Both the position numbers and the translations under genes were made by a program. Shown piece by piece: positions 35,251 through 46,576 of a stretch of DNA of 64,000 nucleotides. The stretch's first letter is position 1, and each line of letters starts with the position of its first letter. The notes beneath the pieces were generated by a model. It had not been told where the DNA came from, did no database searches, and was given only the letters and a program-made list of their open reading frames with translations. This DNA comes from a virus (Duplodnaviria > Caudoviricetes): positions 128,001 through 192,000 of IMG/VR virus record IMGVR_UViG_3300037780_000034; one strand, 5' to 3'.

Positions 35251-35925
35251 ATAAATTATCTGAAAATAAGCCATATGGCCCAGGAAATACTTTTTGGTAT
35301 GTAGATGATGATGGAGAAATTATGCGTTGTCGCTGGAATGATGCTGGATGGCAAACAAGAACATTTTTTAACATCAGAAACGAAAAAACAAATTCTAGTG
35401 AATATGAATATCTAAGACTTCTTAGAGAAGCATATGAAAGCGGAATGCGTGATCAACTTACAATAATTCAAAATTGTTTAGGAATAAAACAAAAATGAAA
35501 TATGAATTAAGATACTATCCAACTGGTATAGGATATGAGCAAGTTGAAGAAGGCGTATATGAAGAACGTGATATTCCTGAAATTATATTAGTGAGAATTA
35601 TTGACGCAAGCAATGAAGAACAAAAACAAATAAAAGAATATTGTGATTTATATCATATACACCATATTTCTAATTTAATATATTTTGATCATATGAATGA
35701 CAGATTGCAATTTTTATTAACATTTGGATAAAAGATGACAGAACGTGAAAAAGAATTATTAGGAACTATTGAAGGTCTTGTAAACTGGATTTCTGCATTA
35801 CGAGAACTGGTTGATAACACAGATTGTAACCCAGATAATATTGAAGATTTTTCAGAAGTATTATTGGCTAGTGATCTTCAAAGAATTTCTGGCGAAAATA
35901 TATTAGAAAAATATGGATTTAGAAA

Positions 35926-36270
35926 ATGAAACAAATGTTGGTGATGAGAAAAGATTTAAATATGAGAAAAGGGAAACTCATTGCACAAGGTGCACACGCA
36001 AGTATGAAAGCTACACTTGAAAACCTTGATCATCCAAGTGTAAAACAATGGCTAGACGGGCCGTTTACAAAAATTGCAGTTTCTGTTGAATCAGAAGAAG
36101 AATTACTTGAAGTAATGAATAATGCAAAAGAAGCAGGTCTTATCACTGCTTTGATTACCGATGCAGGACGAACTGAGTTCAATGGTGTTCCTACTAATAC
36201 CTGCATTGCAGTTGGACCAGCTACAAATGAACAATTACAGTCAATAACAGGACATTTGAAATTATTATGA
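35926..36270 (+). CDS. pth2: peptidyl-tRNA hydrolase type 2
   Basis: KQMLVMRKDLNMRKGKLIAQGAHA; ITDAGRTE; AVGP. Confidence 0.95.
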   Translation: MKQMLVMRKDLNMRKGKLIAQGAHASMKATLENLDHPSVKQWLDGPFTKIAVSVESEEELLEVMNNAKEAGLITALITDAGRTEFNGVPTNTCIAVGPATNEQLQSITGHLKLL

Positions 36271-36369
36271 AAACAATATGTCCTAACACATTTGAACACG
36301 TTGGAAAATCTTGCGGGTATAACTGTATATGTTTTAAAACAAAACTCAAAAAACAAAAGGAGAAATAAG

Positions 36370-36939
36370 ATGGAAGTATTTTTAGCAGCAGCAGGAGGAA
36401 CTTGGTTTGCGGTCTTTGTTCTTCTAATATTTATATTAGGAATTGCCACATCAGAATTTGATAGTTTTTTTGGTGGAATGATTACATTAATAATTGGACT
36501 ACTTGGTTTAGATTTTATATTTGGTTATCCAATTATTCAATCAATTATTGGAAATCCTCTAATTATTTTACTATCAGGAGCAATCTACATCGCAATTGGT
36601 TCTGCATATACTGCTATTTGGAAATGGCCAGATTACATACGAAGTAAGTCAGATAATATAGAATCAAATTACCAAAGTTGGAAAAAAAGAAGACTAAGTG
36701 ATAATGAACCTTGCACGTTTGAAGATTTTCTTGAATCAGATGGTTATAGTTATTATGTAGCATCTAATAACAAAAATAAATTATCTACTTGGGTATTAAT
36801 GTGGCCATTTTCAATGTTTTGGGAAGTCTCAAGAAAGCCAGCAATTTGGGTATTTAATACATCATACAAAATGTTAGGAAATATGTTTGAAATCGTAGGG
36901 AAAAATACTGCAAGAAAAATACATAAAACTAAAAAATAA
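36370..36939 (+). CDS. membrane protein
   Basis: several TM segments. Confidence 0.7.
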   Translation: MEVFLAAAGGTWFAVFVLLIFILGIATSEFDSFFGGMITLIIGLLGLDFIFGYPIIQSIIGNPLIILLSGAIYIAIGSAYTAIWKWPDYIRSKSDNIESNYQSWKKRRLSDNEPCTFEDFLESDGYSYYVASNNKNKLSTWVLMWPFSMFWEVSRKPAIWVFNTSYKMLGNMFEIVGKNTARKIHKTKK

Positions 36940-36966
36940 GTATAAATACAAGAAGGGAGAATAAAG

Positions 36967-37299
36967 ATGAAAAAAATCTTACTATCTATCCTTTTTGTAT
37001 TTTATTTGTTTCCAGCAAATGCATATACGTTTTCTGGAAATTGTGTTCAATATGATATATATGAATACTTTTTAATTGCAAAGTTTGATATGAAATTATA
37101 TTCGTGGGCAGTCACAGAAAACGGAACTAAAACAATATGGCTTTTTGTTAATGAACAAAAACATTTTGCTACAATAACAGTAGGTTTAAATGGATGTTCT
37201 ACTTTAATGATGCCAGAAGACCAGTTGTCTTTTTTCAAAAGAAAAGAATCATCTATACCAGGTCATGTATTGCCGTTTTCTTTTGGTGAAAATCTATAA
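36967..37299 (+). CDS. secreted hypothetical protein
   Basis: signal peptide; TATAAATA upstream. Confidence 0.65.
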   Translation: MKKILLSILFVFYLFPANAYTFSGNCVQYDIYEYFLIAKFDMKLYSWAVTENGTKTIWLFVNEQKHFATITVGLNGCSTLMMPEDQLSFFKRKESSIPGHVLPFSFGENL

Positions 37300-37364
37300 T
37301 TCTACTTGACGAATCACTATAGTTTGTGTATTATACTCGTATAGAAACTAAAGGATAGTAAATT

Positions 37365-37931
37365 ATGAAACTGAACTTGAGAAAATCCAGTGCATTACAA
37401 GAAAGTTTAAAGCAATTTATTACACAGAATATGCCAACTTCTGACGTAAGAATTAATCAATATGAAGACGTAAATTCTCAGTTGCAAAAAGCAGAAACTC
37501 TATTTACAGAACAGACTAATTCATTTTTTCTTTTTTCAGATATTCTATATGAAATTAGAAAAAAAGTATCAACTGCAAATCAAATATCAGGAATAAATGA
37601 TATATTGACAAACGTTGCTTTAATTGATAAGAAAATTCAATTTTTATCTAGATTAATAAATTCAGGTGAAATGATTTCATCAGAAGTATTGACTGGAAAA
37701 CTTGAAAAACTAAAAACACGTGATGAATCGTCATACTATAGTGACAGTAATGATAATGTTATTACAAGTATAATTTCATCTGAAAAAATGTTAGAATTTA
37801 CAGAAACACTAAAGTTTTTGAAAAAAGAAAAACAAAGTTTACAGGATAAGTTGTTAGAATTAAATATTTCTAACTATATAGAACTATCTGATGAAATTGT
37901 TTCTATTTTACAAAAAGAATCCCTTATATAA
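37365..37931 (+). CDS. coiled-coil hypothetical protein
   Basis: MKLNLRKSSALQ; sigma70 promoter upstream. Confidence 0.7.
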   Translation: MKLNLRKSSALQESLKQFITQNMPTSDVRINQYEDVNSQLQKAETLFTEQTNSFFLFSDILYEIRKKVSTANQISGINDILTNVALIDKKIQFLSRLINSGEMISSEVLTGKLEKLKTRDESSYYSDSNDNVITSIISSEKMLEFTETLKFLKKEKQSLQDKLLELNISNYIELSDEIVSILQKESLI

Positions 37932-38447
37932 TAGGGGTGTGTATGCAGGTTGAATTCAATCTGCATATCGGAGCAAGAAAGTAATAGAACACAGAAATAG
38001 ATAACTTTTACTCGTTATCAGAAATCCAGTTAGGAATCAAGCCTTGAAAGCTTTATTAAATTTGTGTGATCCAGAATTAAAAATATATTATATATGTTTT
38101 TTGTTATTTGCTGTCTGGGTATATACATAAATTTGTGTATTGATAATTGATTTTTGTAATTTGTTTAATTTCTGTTAATATCTTTCTTGTTCCTTTTATT
38201 AAAAGGAATTATTAAATGACATATATAAATTATCCAACCGGATTACCCATTCAACAATATGGATGGATTTGTTCAAAATGCGGAAGAAGTAATTCACCAT
38301 CTACGCCAACATGTTTTTGCTGGACAGGAGCATCACAATATCCATCAACTAATCCTACACTTCCGTGGTTTACAGTTAGTTCTACTATTGGATATACAGA
38401 ACAAGAAACGTCAACTGCAGATATATCAACTATAACTTATAGAACAA

Positions 38448-38831
38448 ATGCAATTTAAAGTATTAGTTTGTGGTGGCAGAGATTATACTAACAAAGATAA
38501 AGTTTTTGAAACTTTAGATATGATTAAAGAAATATGTGAAAATAATATTATTAATTCATCAGAAATAGTAATAATACACGGCGGCGCGCGCGGCGCAGAC
38601 AATCTAGCAGGAATGTGGGCAAAAGCAAATAACATTCAATCAAATGTATATCTCGCAGATTGGAAAGCATATGGAAATCGTGCAGGACCGATAAGAAATC
38701 AATTAATGTTAAAATCAGAAAATCCAGATATAGTAGTTGCATTTCCAGGAGGAAATGGAACTAATCATATGGTATCAATAGCAAGAAAAAATAACACAGA
38801 AGTTTATATAGTAGAGGATAAAGATGAGTAA
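38448..38831 (+). CDS. SLOG/YspA-like (DUF2493) protein
   Basis: [35 protein letters not shown]. Confidence 0.85.
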   Translation: MQFKVLVCGGRDYTNKDKVFETLDMIKEICENNIINSSEIVIIHGGARGADNLAGMWAKANNIQSNVYLADWKAYGNRAGPIRNQLMLKSENPDIVVAFPGGNGTNHMVSIARKNNTEVYIVEDKDE

Positions 38832-39417
38832 TTTTATACCAAGTGTAATAGAAAAAAATTCACACGGTGAACGAGCATATGACTTATATAGTCGTCTTTT
38901 AAAAGATCGCATTGTTATGCTTAATGGTCAGGTAGATGACAATTCTGCAAATATTGTAATTGCACAGCTTCTTTTTTTAGAAAGCGAAAACCCAGAAAAA
39001 CCAATTAAATTTTATATCAACAGTCCCGGTGGTGTAATAACATCTGGATTAGCGATTCGTTCAACTATGATGTATATTAACTCTCCTGTTCATACAATCG
39101 TTATGGGGCAAGCTTGCTCAATGGGAAGCGTATTAGCACAGTCAGGAGAAGCAGGGCATCGTTATATACTACCAGATTCACGAATTATGGTCCATCAACC
39201 AAGCGGCGGTGCACGAGGTATGGCTAGTGACATAGAAATTTCTTATAAAGAAATACAATATCTTAAAAATAGATTAACAGAAATTTATGTAGAGCATAAT
39301 ACAAAAAATAAAACATATGAAGATTTTGAAAGAATAATGGATCGTGATACTTTTATGAATCCACAGGAAGCAATAGATTTTGGGTTAGCAGATGAAATTG
39401 TTGTAAAAAATAAATAA
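38824..39417 (+). CDS. clpP: ATP-dependent Clp protease proteolytic subunit
   Basis: [29 protein letters not shown]. Confidence 0.95.
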   Translation: MSNFIPSVIEKNSHGERAYDLYSRLLKDRIVMLNGQVDDNSANIVIAQLLFLESENPEKPIKFYINSPGGVITSGLAIRSTMMYINSPVHTIVMGQACSMGSVLAQSGEAGHRYILPDSRIMVHQPSGGARGMASDIEISYKEIQYLKNRLTEIYVEHNTKNKTYEDFERIMDRDTFMNPQEAIDFGLADEIVVKNK

Positions 39418-39439
39418 CCAATAATATAAGGAGAAATAG

Positions 39440-39946
39440 GTGAACAAACGTTTTAAGATAATTATTATTGGTTATGGAAGACACGGTAAAGACACAGTAT
39501 GTGATATTTTAAAAGAAAAATATAATTACAACTTTATGAGCAGTAGCGAATTTTGTGCAGAAATTGTAGTATATCCAAAATTAAAAGATATTTACAATTA
39601 TAATTCTGTAAAAGAATGCTACGAAGACAGACATAATCATAGAAAAGAATGGTTTGATTTGATAATATCGTATAATAATACTGATTTATCAAAATTAGGA
39701 AAAGAAATATTTTCTCAATATGACATATACTGTGGGCTAAGAAGAAAAGAAGAATTGATTTCACTTAAAGAAAACAATGTATGTGATTATATTTTTTGGG
39801 TAGATGCATCAAAAAGACTACCACCAGAAGACAATAGTTCTTGCACAGTAACACCGGAAATGGCAGATTATATAATAGACAACAATAGTGATTTAGACAA
39901 TTTATATAAAAATGTAGAATATGTTATGAAACAAATATGTTATTGA
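39440..39946 (+). CDS. deoxynucleoside monophosphate kinase-like
   Basis: GYGRHGKDT P-loop. Confidence 0.7.
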   Translation: MNKRFKIIIIGYGRHGKDTVCDILKEKYNYNFMSSSEFCAEIVVYPKLKDIYNYNSVKECYEDRHNHRKEWFDLIISYNNTDLSKLGKEIFSQYDIYCGLRRKEELISLKENNVCDYIFWVDASKRLPPEDNSSCTVTPEMADYIIDNNSDLDNLYKNVEYVMKQICY

Positions 39947-40176
39947 AGTCCACTAAGTTGTTTTATTCTTTCTAAATCATTTTCTTTTGATTTATTAATA
40001 GAGCCATCATAAATTTCTTTATAATCTTTCATAGTAATAGGATGCATTTTACTAATTTTAGTAGCTATTTCTGCGATATAATGTAATTCTGCATCTTCTT
40101 TAACTTCTTCACGTGCCAATTCTAATAATCTTAAAAATGTAGGAACGTCTATAACTATTTTATCAATCTTATCCAT
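39940..40176 (-). CDS. small late hypothetical protein
   Basis: C-terminal LERIKQLSGL. Confidence 0.7.
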   Translation of the reverse strand: MDKIDKIVIDVPTFLRLLELAREEVKEDAELHYIAEIATKISKMHPITMKDYKEIYDGSINKSKENDLERIKQLSGLQ

Positions 40177-40299
40177 CTTATTTCTCCTAATATATTATTA
40201 TATTTATTTATAATACGATTTATCAGTTGACAACGTTATAGGTTTGATATATAGTAGTGCTAACCATAAAAACAAAATACTAGGAGTCAGTTACAAACA

Positions 40300-42129
40300 A
40301 TGACAGAAAATTTTAAAATATTATCACCGCGTGACCACTCAAGATTGAGAATTGGCATGTATATGGGTTCTGCATCTTTAGAAAAAACAGAACGATTTCT
40401 ACTTGGAAAATGGAAAACAGTAGAATATGTTCCTGCTTTAAATAAAATGATTGATGAAATCATTGATAATTCAATAGATGAAGCTATTAGAACAAACTTT
40501 CAATTTTCAAACAAAATAGATGTTTCAATTGAAGGTGATAAAATAACTGTTACAGACAATGGTAGAGGAATACCACAAGACAATGTAACAGATACTACTA
40601 CTGGTGAAACTATTTTAAGACCCGTTGCGGCTTGGACAAGAACTAACGCAGGAACAAGCTTTACCGACGACAGAACAACGGTAGGAGCAAATGGGGTAGG
40701 TAGCGCGGTAACAAACTACCTAAGCATAGAGTTCTATGGAGAAACTTGGCGTGATGGAAACCTTGTCATAGTAGAGTGTTTTGACGGATCAAATACAATC
40801 AATACAAAATTGAAAAAAAGGATAGGAAGTGGAACAAAAGTTTCATTTATTCCAGACTTTAGTTTATTTGGTGTTAACTCATTATCAGAAGTAGATACAA
40901 TCGCACTAGTTGAAGATCGTATTGCAAGCCTTCAAATGGCATTTCCAGAAATTGCATTTAGCTTTAATAAGAAAAAAGTTCAAGAAAACAAAATAAAAAA
41001 GTATGCAGAACTTTTTACTGAAAATGCTAATTCATCAATAATTTACTCACAAACAGATACAGTATCTTTATTCATTGTTTCAAGTGAAGATGGATTTCGT
41101 TCTAATGGATATGTTAACGGAGTAAACACACGACTAGGTGGTTCATATATTGATTTTGTTATAAATGGAATAACAGAAGAATTATCTGTTATGATTAAGA
41201 AAAAGTATAAAATAGAAGTAAACAAAAGCGTAATAAAAAATGGATTAACTTTTGTATCATTTGCAAGAAATTTTAAAAATCCAAAATTCGATTCACAAAC
41301 AAAAGAAAGATTGACTAATACGCAATCAGAAGTAAAAGATCATTGGGAAAAATCTGGAATAAATGATTTTAACTACTTTGCAAAAAAGATAATGGCATCC
41401 AATGACATTATTGAACCAATCATTGATGCACAATTAGCAAAAAAACTTGCAGCAGATAAAAGAGCAGCAACATTAGCACAAAAGAAACTAAAAAAAGTAA
41501 AGGTTGCTAAACACATTGCAGCAAACAATAATAAAGCTACCTTGTTCTTATGTGAGGGCGATTCTGCATTGGGTTCATTTTTGAAAGTTCGTGATCCTTC
41601 CAAAGCAGGTGGTTATCCTTTGCGTGGTGTCATTTTAAATACTTGGGATATGAAACCATCTGATATATTAAAAAACAAAGAATTAAGCGAATTAATTTCA
41701 GTTCTTGGATTAGACATAACTGATCCGGATAGTGTTGATGATATGAATTACGCAAATATTGCAACACTTACCGACTCCGACCATGACGGAATTGGACATA
41801 TTGCACCATTATTGCTTGCATTTTTCTATAAATTTTGGCCTAAGCTATTTATTCAAAAGAAAGTTCATATTACCCGAACACCAATATTGATTTCAACTAA
41901 TAATAAAGAAACCAAATGGTTTTATGATTATGTCACTGCAAACACATTTAAAGAAAATTCAAGTGGATATCATCATAGATACATCAAAGGTCTTGCATCC
42001 TTAACAACGGAAGAGTATGATGATATCATAAATAAGCCGGTTTTGGATACAATAATAATAAATGAAGAGAACTGGTTTGAAGTGATGTTTGGAAAAGAAT
42101 CAACATTAAGAAAAGAATTTTTGGTATAA
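40300..42129 (+). CDS. DNA topoisomerase II large subunit (T4 gp39/60-like)
   Basis: EIIDNSIDE, DNGRGIP, EGDSA, PLRG, DSDHDG. Confidence 0.95.
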   Translation: MTENFKILSPRDHSRLRIGMYMGSASLEKTERFLLGKWKTVEYVPALNKMIDEIIDNSIDEAIRTNFQFSNKIDVSIEGDKITVTDNGRGIPQDNVTDTTTGETILRPVAAWTRTNAGTSFTDDRTTVGANGVGSAVTNYLSIEFYGETWRDGNLVIVECFDGSNTINTKLKKRIGSGTKVSFIPDFSLFGVNSLSEVDTIALVEDRIASLQMAFPEIAFSFNKKKVQENKIKKYAELFTENANSSIIYSQTDTVSLFIVSSEDGFRSNGYVNGVNTRLGGSYIDFVINGITEELSVMIKKKYKIEVNKSVIKNGLTFVSFARNFKNPKFDSQTKERLTNTQSEVKDHWEKSGINDFNYFAKKIMASNDIIEPIIDAQLAKKLAADKRAATLAQKKLKKVKVAKHIAANNNKATLFLCEGDSALGSFLKVRDPSKAGGYPLRGVILNTWDMKPSDILKNKELSELISVLGLDITDPDSVDDMNYANIATLTDSDHDGIGHIAPLLLAFFYKFWPKLFIQKKVHITRTPILISTNNKETKWFYDYVTANTFKENSSGYHHRYIKGLASLTTEEYDDIINKPVLDTIIINEENWFEVMFGKESTLRKEFLV

Positions 42130-42140
42130 TAGGAAAAATA

Positions 42141-43454
42141 ATGAAAAGTAAAACATATACAATTCTTGATATTGCAAAAAATGAATGGCGCGAATTTGCA
42201 ATGTATACTATTGAAAACCGTGCAATTCCCAGTATGATTGACGGTTTAAAACCATCACAGCGTATGTATTTATACAGTTCGTTAAAAAATTCTGCAAAAG
42301 ACTTTAGGAAAGTTAGTGCAATTGCTGGTGTTGTTAGTGATTATGGATATGCTCACGGTGAAACCAGTGTTTCTTCTACTGGTCAACTAATGGCAGCAGA
42401 ATGGAATAACAATTTGTGCATCATTGAAGGTCGGGGAAGCTTTGGAACTAGGCTTATTCAAGAAGCAGGCGCACCACGATATGTTTACACTCGTGTTCAT
42501 AAAAACTTTTATAATTATGTAAAAGATTTAGAGTTATCACCTACTCACCCCGATCCAGAGCATGAACCCCCACGATTTTATATTCCTATAATTCCACTGG
42601 TCCTTGTAAATGGTGCAAAAGGAATTGCTACTGGATTTGCAACAAATATTCTTCCAAGACATATCAATGATGTAAAAAAAGCTTGTATTGAATATATTAA
42701 AACTAAAAATATAAAAAACAAAATTCCTGTTTCGTTCCCTCAATTTACGGGAACAACTGAGTATGATGCTTCAAATAATAAGTTTATATGCAATGGTGTC
42801 TTTAAAAGAATTGGCAAAACCAGATTAGTTATAACTGATGTTCCATATGGATATGATCGTGAAACTTATGTAAAGGTTTTAGATACCCTTGAAGAAAATA
42901 ATATAATCGTATCATATGAAGATAAATGTTCTTCAAAAGGCTTTGAATTTGATGTAAAATTAAAAAACCAAACTGGTGAATGGTCAGATGAAAAGATTTT
43001 AAAAGAATTTAAATTATCTAAAACACATTCTGAAAACATTACTGTAATTGATCAAGATTCAAAATTAAAAGAATATTCTGATGAAAGAGAACTTATTAAG
43101 GATTTTTGCGATTATCGTATGAACATTTTGCAAAAACGAATTGATAAAAACTTGGAACAATGTAAAGAAGAAATTCGTTGGTTAACTGTTAAAAAAGAAT
43201 TTATTATCGCTGTTCTTGAAAATAAAATACAATTCAAAAACAAGAAAAAAGATGAAATAGAAAAATTAATAACAAAACATACTTCTGCAACTGACAAAGA
43301 TTTTGATAGACTTTTCAGGATAGTTATGCTATCATTGACAAGTGAACAAGTAAACAAGTTAGAAACAGATATAGAAAATATCAAAAATGAAATGCTTTTT
43401 TGGAACTCAACTACTCCAACAGATCAATTTATTTTTGATCTAAATAATATATAA
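42141..43454 (+). CDS. DNA topoisomerase II medium subunit (T4 gp52-like)
   Basis: RAIPSMIDGLKPSQR, YAHGE, AGAPRY. Confidence 0.95.
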   Translation: MKSKTYTILDIAKNEWREFAMYTIENRAIPSMIDGLKPSQRMYLYSSLKNSAKDFRKVSAIAGVVSDYGYAHGETSVSSTGQLMAAEWNNNLCIIEGRGSFGTRLIQEAGAPRYVYTRVHKNFYNYVKDLELSPTHPDPEHEPPRFYIPIIPLVLVNGAKGIATGFATNILPRHINDVKKACIEYIKTKNIKNKIPVSFPQFTGTTEYDASNNKFICNGVFKRIGKTRLVITDVPYGYDRETYVKVLDTLEENNIIVSYEDKCSSKGFEFDVKLKNQTGEWSDEKILKEFKLSKTHSENITVIDQDSKLKEYSDERELIKDFCDYRMNILQKRIDKNLEQCKEEIRWLTVKKEFIIAVLENKIQFKNKKKDEIEKLITKHTSATDKDFDRLFRIVMLSLTSEQVNKLETDIENIKNEMLFWNSTTPTDQFIFDLNNI

Positions 43455-43490
43455 TAAATATGGTGATAACATAATAAAAGGTAAATCATA

Positions 43491-43796
43491 ATGTCATCAC
43501 CGCCAAAATTTACAGTATTATCAAGCTGGAACGATTCCTCAAACTTTAATAAGTTTAATTATATTTTTATATTAGAATTTACAGATTATGATGATATAAA
43601 AGACCCATATGACCAAGTAAACAGACTGTTTAAAAAAAATAAAAAAAGTCTTGAAAAACATTTGGAAAATTATGGAACTAAAGATATAGATTGGACTTTA
43701 GGAAAACATAGAGGAAATTATACATATGGTTCAGCATTGATACTACGATTTAAAGATAAGTTTAATGCATTAGCATTTATGTTAGAATATGTATAA
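43491..43796 (+). CDS. hypothetical protein
   Basis: ORF. Confidence 0.55.
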   Translation: MSSPPKFTVLSSWNDSSNFNKFNYIFILEFTDYDDIKDPYDQVNRLFKKNKKSLEKHLENYGTKDIDWTLGKHRGNYTYGSALILRFKDKFNALAFMLEYV

Positions 43797-43810
43797 AATA
43801 AGGATATAAA

Positions 43811-44215
43811 ATGGAAAATATAGATATAAATAAATACTCGCAATTTGTAGACAGTGTATTGAGTTCACAAAGTAAAAATTTAGAAGACTTTATACAGTCA
43901 TTAAGAAACATACAAGAACAAGGTGTAAGTCCATCATTGCTTGACACCGCTGCAACTGGATTAGCTGGCGAAGGTGGTGAATTCAATGATATCGTTAAAA
44001 AGCTGTTTTTTCAAGGAAAACCATTAACAGATGAAGTTAAAACACACTTAAAAAAAGAATTAGGTGATGTAATCTTTTATTGGATAGTTGCTTGCCAAGC
44101 ATTGAACGTAGACCCTATGGAAATTATTTCAACCAATCATCAAAAATTAAGTGCAAGATATCCTGATGGATTTTCTGAACATCGTTCTAATAACAAGGCA
44201 AAAGACGATATATGA
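43811..44215 (+). CDS. mazG: MazG-like NTP pyrophosphohydrolase
   Basis: GLAGEGGEF, KKELGDVIFY. Confidence 0.85.
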   Translation: MENIDINKYSQFVDSVLSSQSKNLEDFIQSLRNIQEQGVSPSLLDTAATGLAGEGGEFNDIVKKLFFQGKPLTDEVKTHLKKELGDVIFYWIVACQALNVDPMEIISTNHQKLSARYPDGFSEHRSNNKAKDDI

Positions 44216-44445
44216 AACAAAAAAACAACGAGATAGATGAAAAAATAGATTCACTTATTGCTCGTAGAGAAGAAATTCAAAAAAAGCAATTAATTATATA
44301 TTCAAATAATATGTCTAATCAATTGTTTGATCAGTTAAAAAATCAGTTAGAACTCATAGAACTTGATTTAAATCATTATATGGGTTTAAAAAAATATGCA
44401 ATTGATCAGAAAAAAGACGAAAGTGATAGTTTAGATATCGAATAA
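44212..44445 (+). CDS. hypothetical coiled-coil protein
   Basis: ATGA overlap. Confidence 0.6.
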   Translation: MKQKNNEIDEKIDSLIARREEIQKKQLIIYSNNMSNQLFDQLKNQLELIELDLNHYMGLKKYAIDQKKDESDSLDIE

Positions 44446-44954
44446 TGTATATTAATAAATGTAATCAATATGTATTAGATGAAAATGACGCATTAAACAT
44501 ATTGTTGTCAGGTTCAGAAATTAATGAGATTGTAACAGAAGATATGAGTTGGGTAGAAACATTCAACTCATATTCTTCATTGTTTGAACTAGATAAAAAA
44601 ATTAAAGCAAGTTTACCATCTTCTGATAAAGAAAAATATATAAACCAATGTATCAACAATTGGAATATTCCAGAAGAATATTCTAATATTGATGTTTACG
44701 ATTATATAATATCGTTGTGTTCTACACAAGAAGAAAAAGATAGAGTTGAATATGAATTAACTTTATATAAAGAAAAAGAGTTGTATAACCTTTTAAAATT
44801 TTTAATATATTTTGTTGATACATTAAGAAAAAATAAAGTATTATGGGGGGTTGGTCGTGGAAGTTCAACTTCCAGCTATGTTCTTTATTTAATAGGAATA
44901 CATCGTGTTAACTCAATAAAATATGATTTAGATATAGGAGAATTTTTAAAATGA
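44445..44954 (+). CDS. DNA polymerase III alpha-like fragment
   Basis: RVEYEL...WGVGRGSSTSSYVLYLIGIHRVN. Confidence 0.75.
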   Translation: MYINKCNQYVLDENDALNILLSGSEINEIVTEDMSWVETFNSYSSLFELDKKIKASLPSSDKEKYINQCINNWNIPEEYSNIDVYDYIISLCSTQEEKDRVEYELTLYKEKELYNLLKFLIYFVDTLRKNKVLWGVGRGSSTSSYVLYLIGIHRVNSIKYDLDIGEFLK

Positions 44955-45325
44955 GTAGAGTAGTAAAAAGTGTTATGGGAAAGAAGATTGATATGGCTTC
45001 TATTTCCAAACAAAATGAAGAAACTGTTGCAGTAAGTAATGTATATATGAATGCACGCGGCGATATACTTAATGCTGAAAGAAAAAAAGTTATACCAGTA
45101 AGTAAAGTTGCAAGAGTTCAGCATAATTTATCAGAACCATCTGAAACTATGGGAATATCAGAGACTGCACAGTTAGATAAATCTACAAAAAAGAAAAAAT
45201 TACCAGAAAAAGAACCAAAGAGAATGGTAATTGAAAGAGTAGAAAAAGTAGATGAAGATGGAAATTCATATGTTGAAATAGAATATGACGATGGCAGTAT
45301 TGAAGTAATAAAGGACAAAAAATAA
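44951..45325 (+). CDS. hypothetical protein
   Basis: NVYMNARGD motif; coupled to neighbours. Confidence 0.65.
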   Translation: MSRVVKSVMGKKIDMASISKQNEETVAVSNVYMNARGDILNAERKKVIPVSKVARVQHNLSEPSETMGISETAQLDKSTKKKKLPEKEPKRMVIERVEKVDEDGNSYVEIEYDDGSIEVIKDKK

Positions 45326-45326
45326 T

Positions 45327-45635
45327 ATGAAAACATTCAAACCACTAAAAGATAAAGTAGCAGGAAAAATGATTGATGGATTTGGAATCAAAAAAACTGC
45401 TGGCGGATTGTTAATAAATGAAAAAGATGGTGTGGAAACATCTATAAGACCACGGTGGTTTCAAGTTACACATATAGGTGACGAAAACACAGATTTTAAG
45501 GTTGGCGATTATATATTGGTAGCACATGGTAGATGGACGCGAGGATTTACTATTGACAATTCAGATGATTCCAAGTATTATGTAGTTGATTTGGATGAGA
45601 TATTAGGAATTTCAGATAAAAACCCATTATACTAA
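45327..45635 (+). CDS. groES: GroES-like co-chaperonin
   Basis: KPLKDKV, KTAGGLLI, VGD, EILG. Confidence 0.85.
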   Translation: MKTFKPLKDKVAGKMIDGFGIKKTAGGLLINEKDGVETSIRPRWFQVTHIGDENTDFKVGDYILVAHGRWTRGFTIDNSDDSKYYVVDLDEILGISDKNPLY

Positions 45636-45648
45636 ATTAGGATAAAAA

Positions 45649-46575
45649 ATGATTAAACAAATTTGGACTGAAAAATATAGACCTACAAAAGTGAGTGATT
45701 ATGCTTTTCGTGATGATAAACTAAAAAAGCAAGTTGAAGGTTGGATAAATTCAAAGTCTATACCCCATATACTTTTAGCTGGACCTGCTGGAACTGGCAA
45801 AACAAGTTTGGCAAAAGTTCTTATAAACGAATTGGAAGTAGATGAAGCAGATGTTTTAAGAATAAATGCAAGTAAAGATAATGGTGTTGACACTATAAGA
45901 AGAAAAATAACTTCATTTAGTGAATCTATGCCTTGGGGAGATTTTAAAATAATTCTGCTTGATGAAGCAGATTATCTATCACAAGAAGCACAATCAGCAC
46001 TTCGTGCAACTATTGAAAATTATTCCAACGTAGTTAGATACATTCTTACTTGTAATTATCCTAATATGATAATTCCAGCACTTCATAGTAGGTGTCAGTC
46101 TATATTTTTAGATCAAATGGAAGAAACTGAATTTGCAGTAAAAGTAGCAGAAATATTAGTTGAAGAAAATATTGAATTTGAAATAGGTCTATTAGATACA
46201 TATGTAAGAGCCACATATCCAGACTTGCGTAAAGCAATTAATTCTGTAGAACAAAATTCAATAGATGGAAAATTGAAATCGCCAGATAGTGGTGATAGTT
46301 CTTCAAGTGAATGGAAATTAAAAATGGTTTCTCTTTTTCGTGAAGGAAAAATACGCGAAGCAAGACAACATATATGTAAGCATATTCGCCCAGATGAATA
46401 TACTGAAATATTTCAATTTTTATATAGAAACTTAGATTTTTTTGGAAGCACATTGGAATCGCAGGATGAAGCAATTATTAAAATTCGTGACGGAATGGTA
46501 AAGCATACTCAATGTGCCGATCCAGAAATTAATCTTAGTGCAACAATAATTCAGTTAGAAAAAATAGGAAAATAA
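45649..46575 (+). CDS. clamp loader subunit (RFC/gp44-like)
   Basis: WTEKYRP, GPAGTGKTS, LDEAD, SRC. Confidence 0.95.
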   Translation: MIKQIWTEKYRPTKVSDYAFRDDKLKKQVEGWINSKSIPHILLAGPAGTGKTSLAKVLINELEVDEADVLRINASKDNGVDTIRRKITSFSESMPWGDFKIILLDEADYLSQEAQSALRATIENYSNVVRYILTCNYPNMIIPALHSRCQSIFLDQMEETEFAVKVAEILVEENIEFEIGLLDTYVRATYPDLRKAINSVEQNSIDGKLKSPDSGDSSSSEWKLKMVSLFREGKIREARQHICKHIRPDEYTEIFQFLYRNLDFFGSTLESQDEAIIKIRDGMVKHTQCADPEINLSATIIQLEKIGK

Positions 46576-46576
46576 A

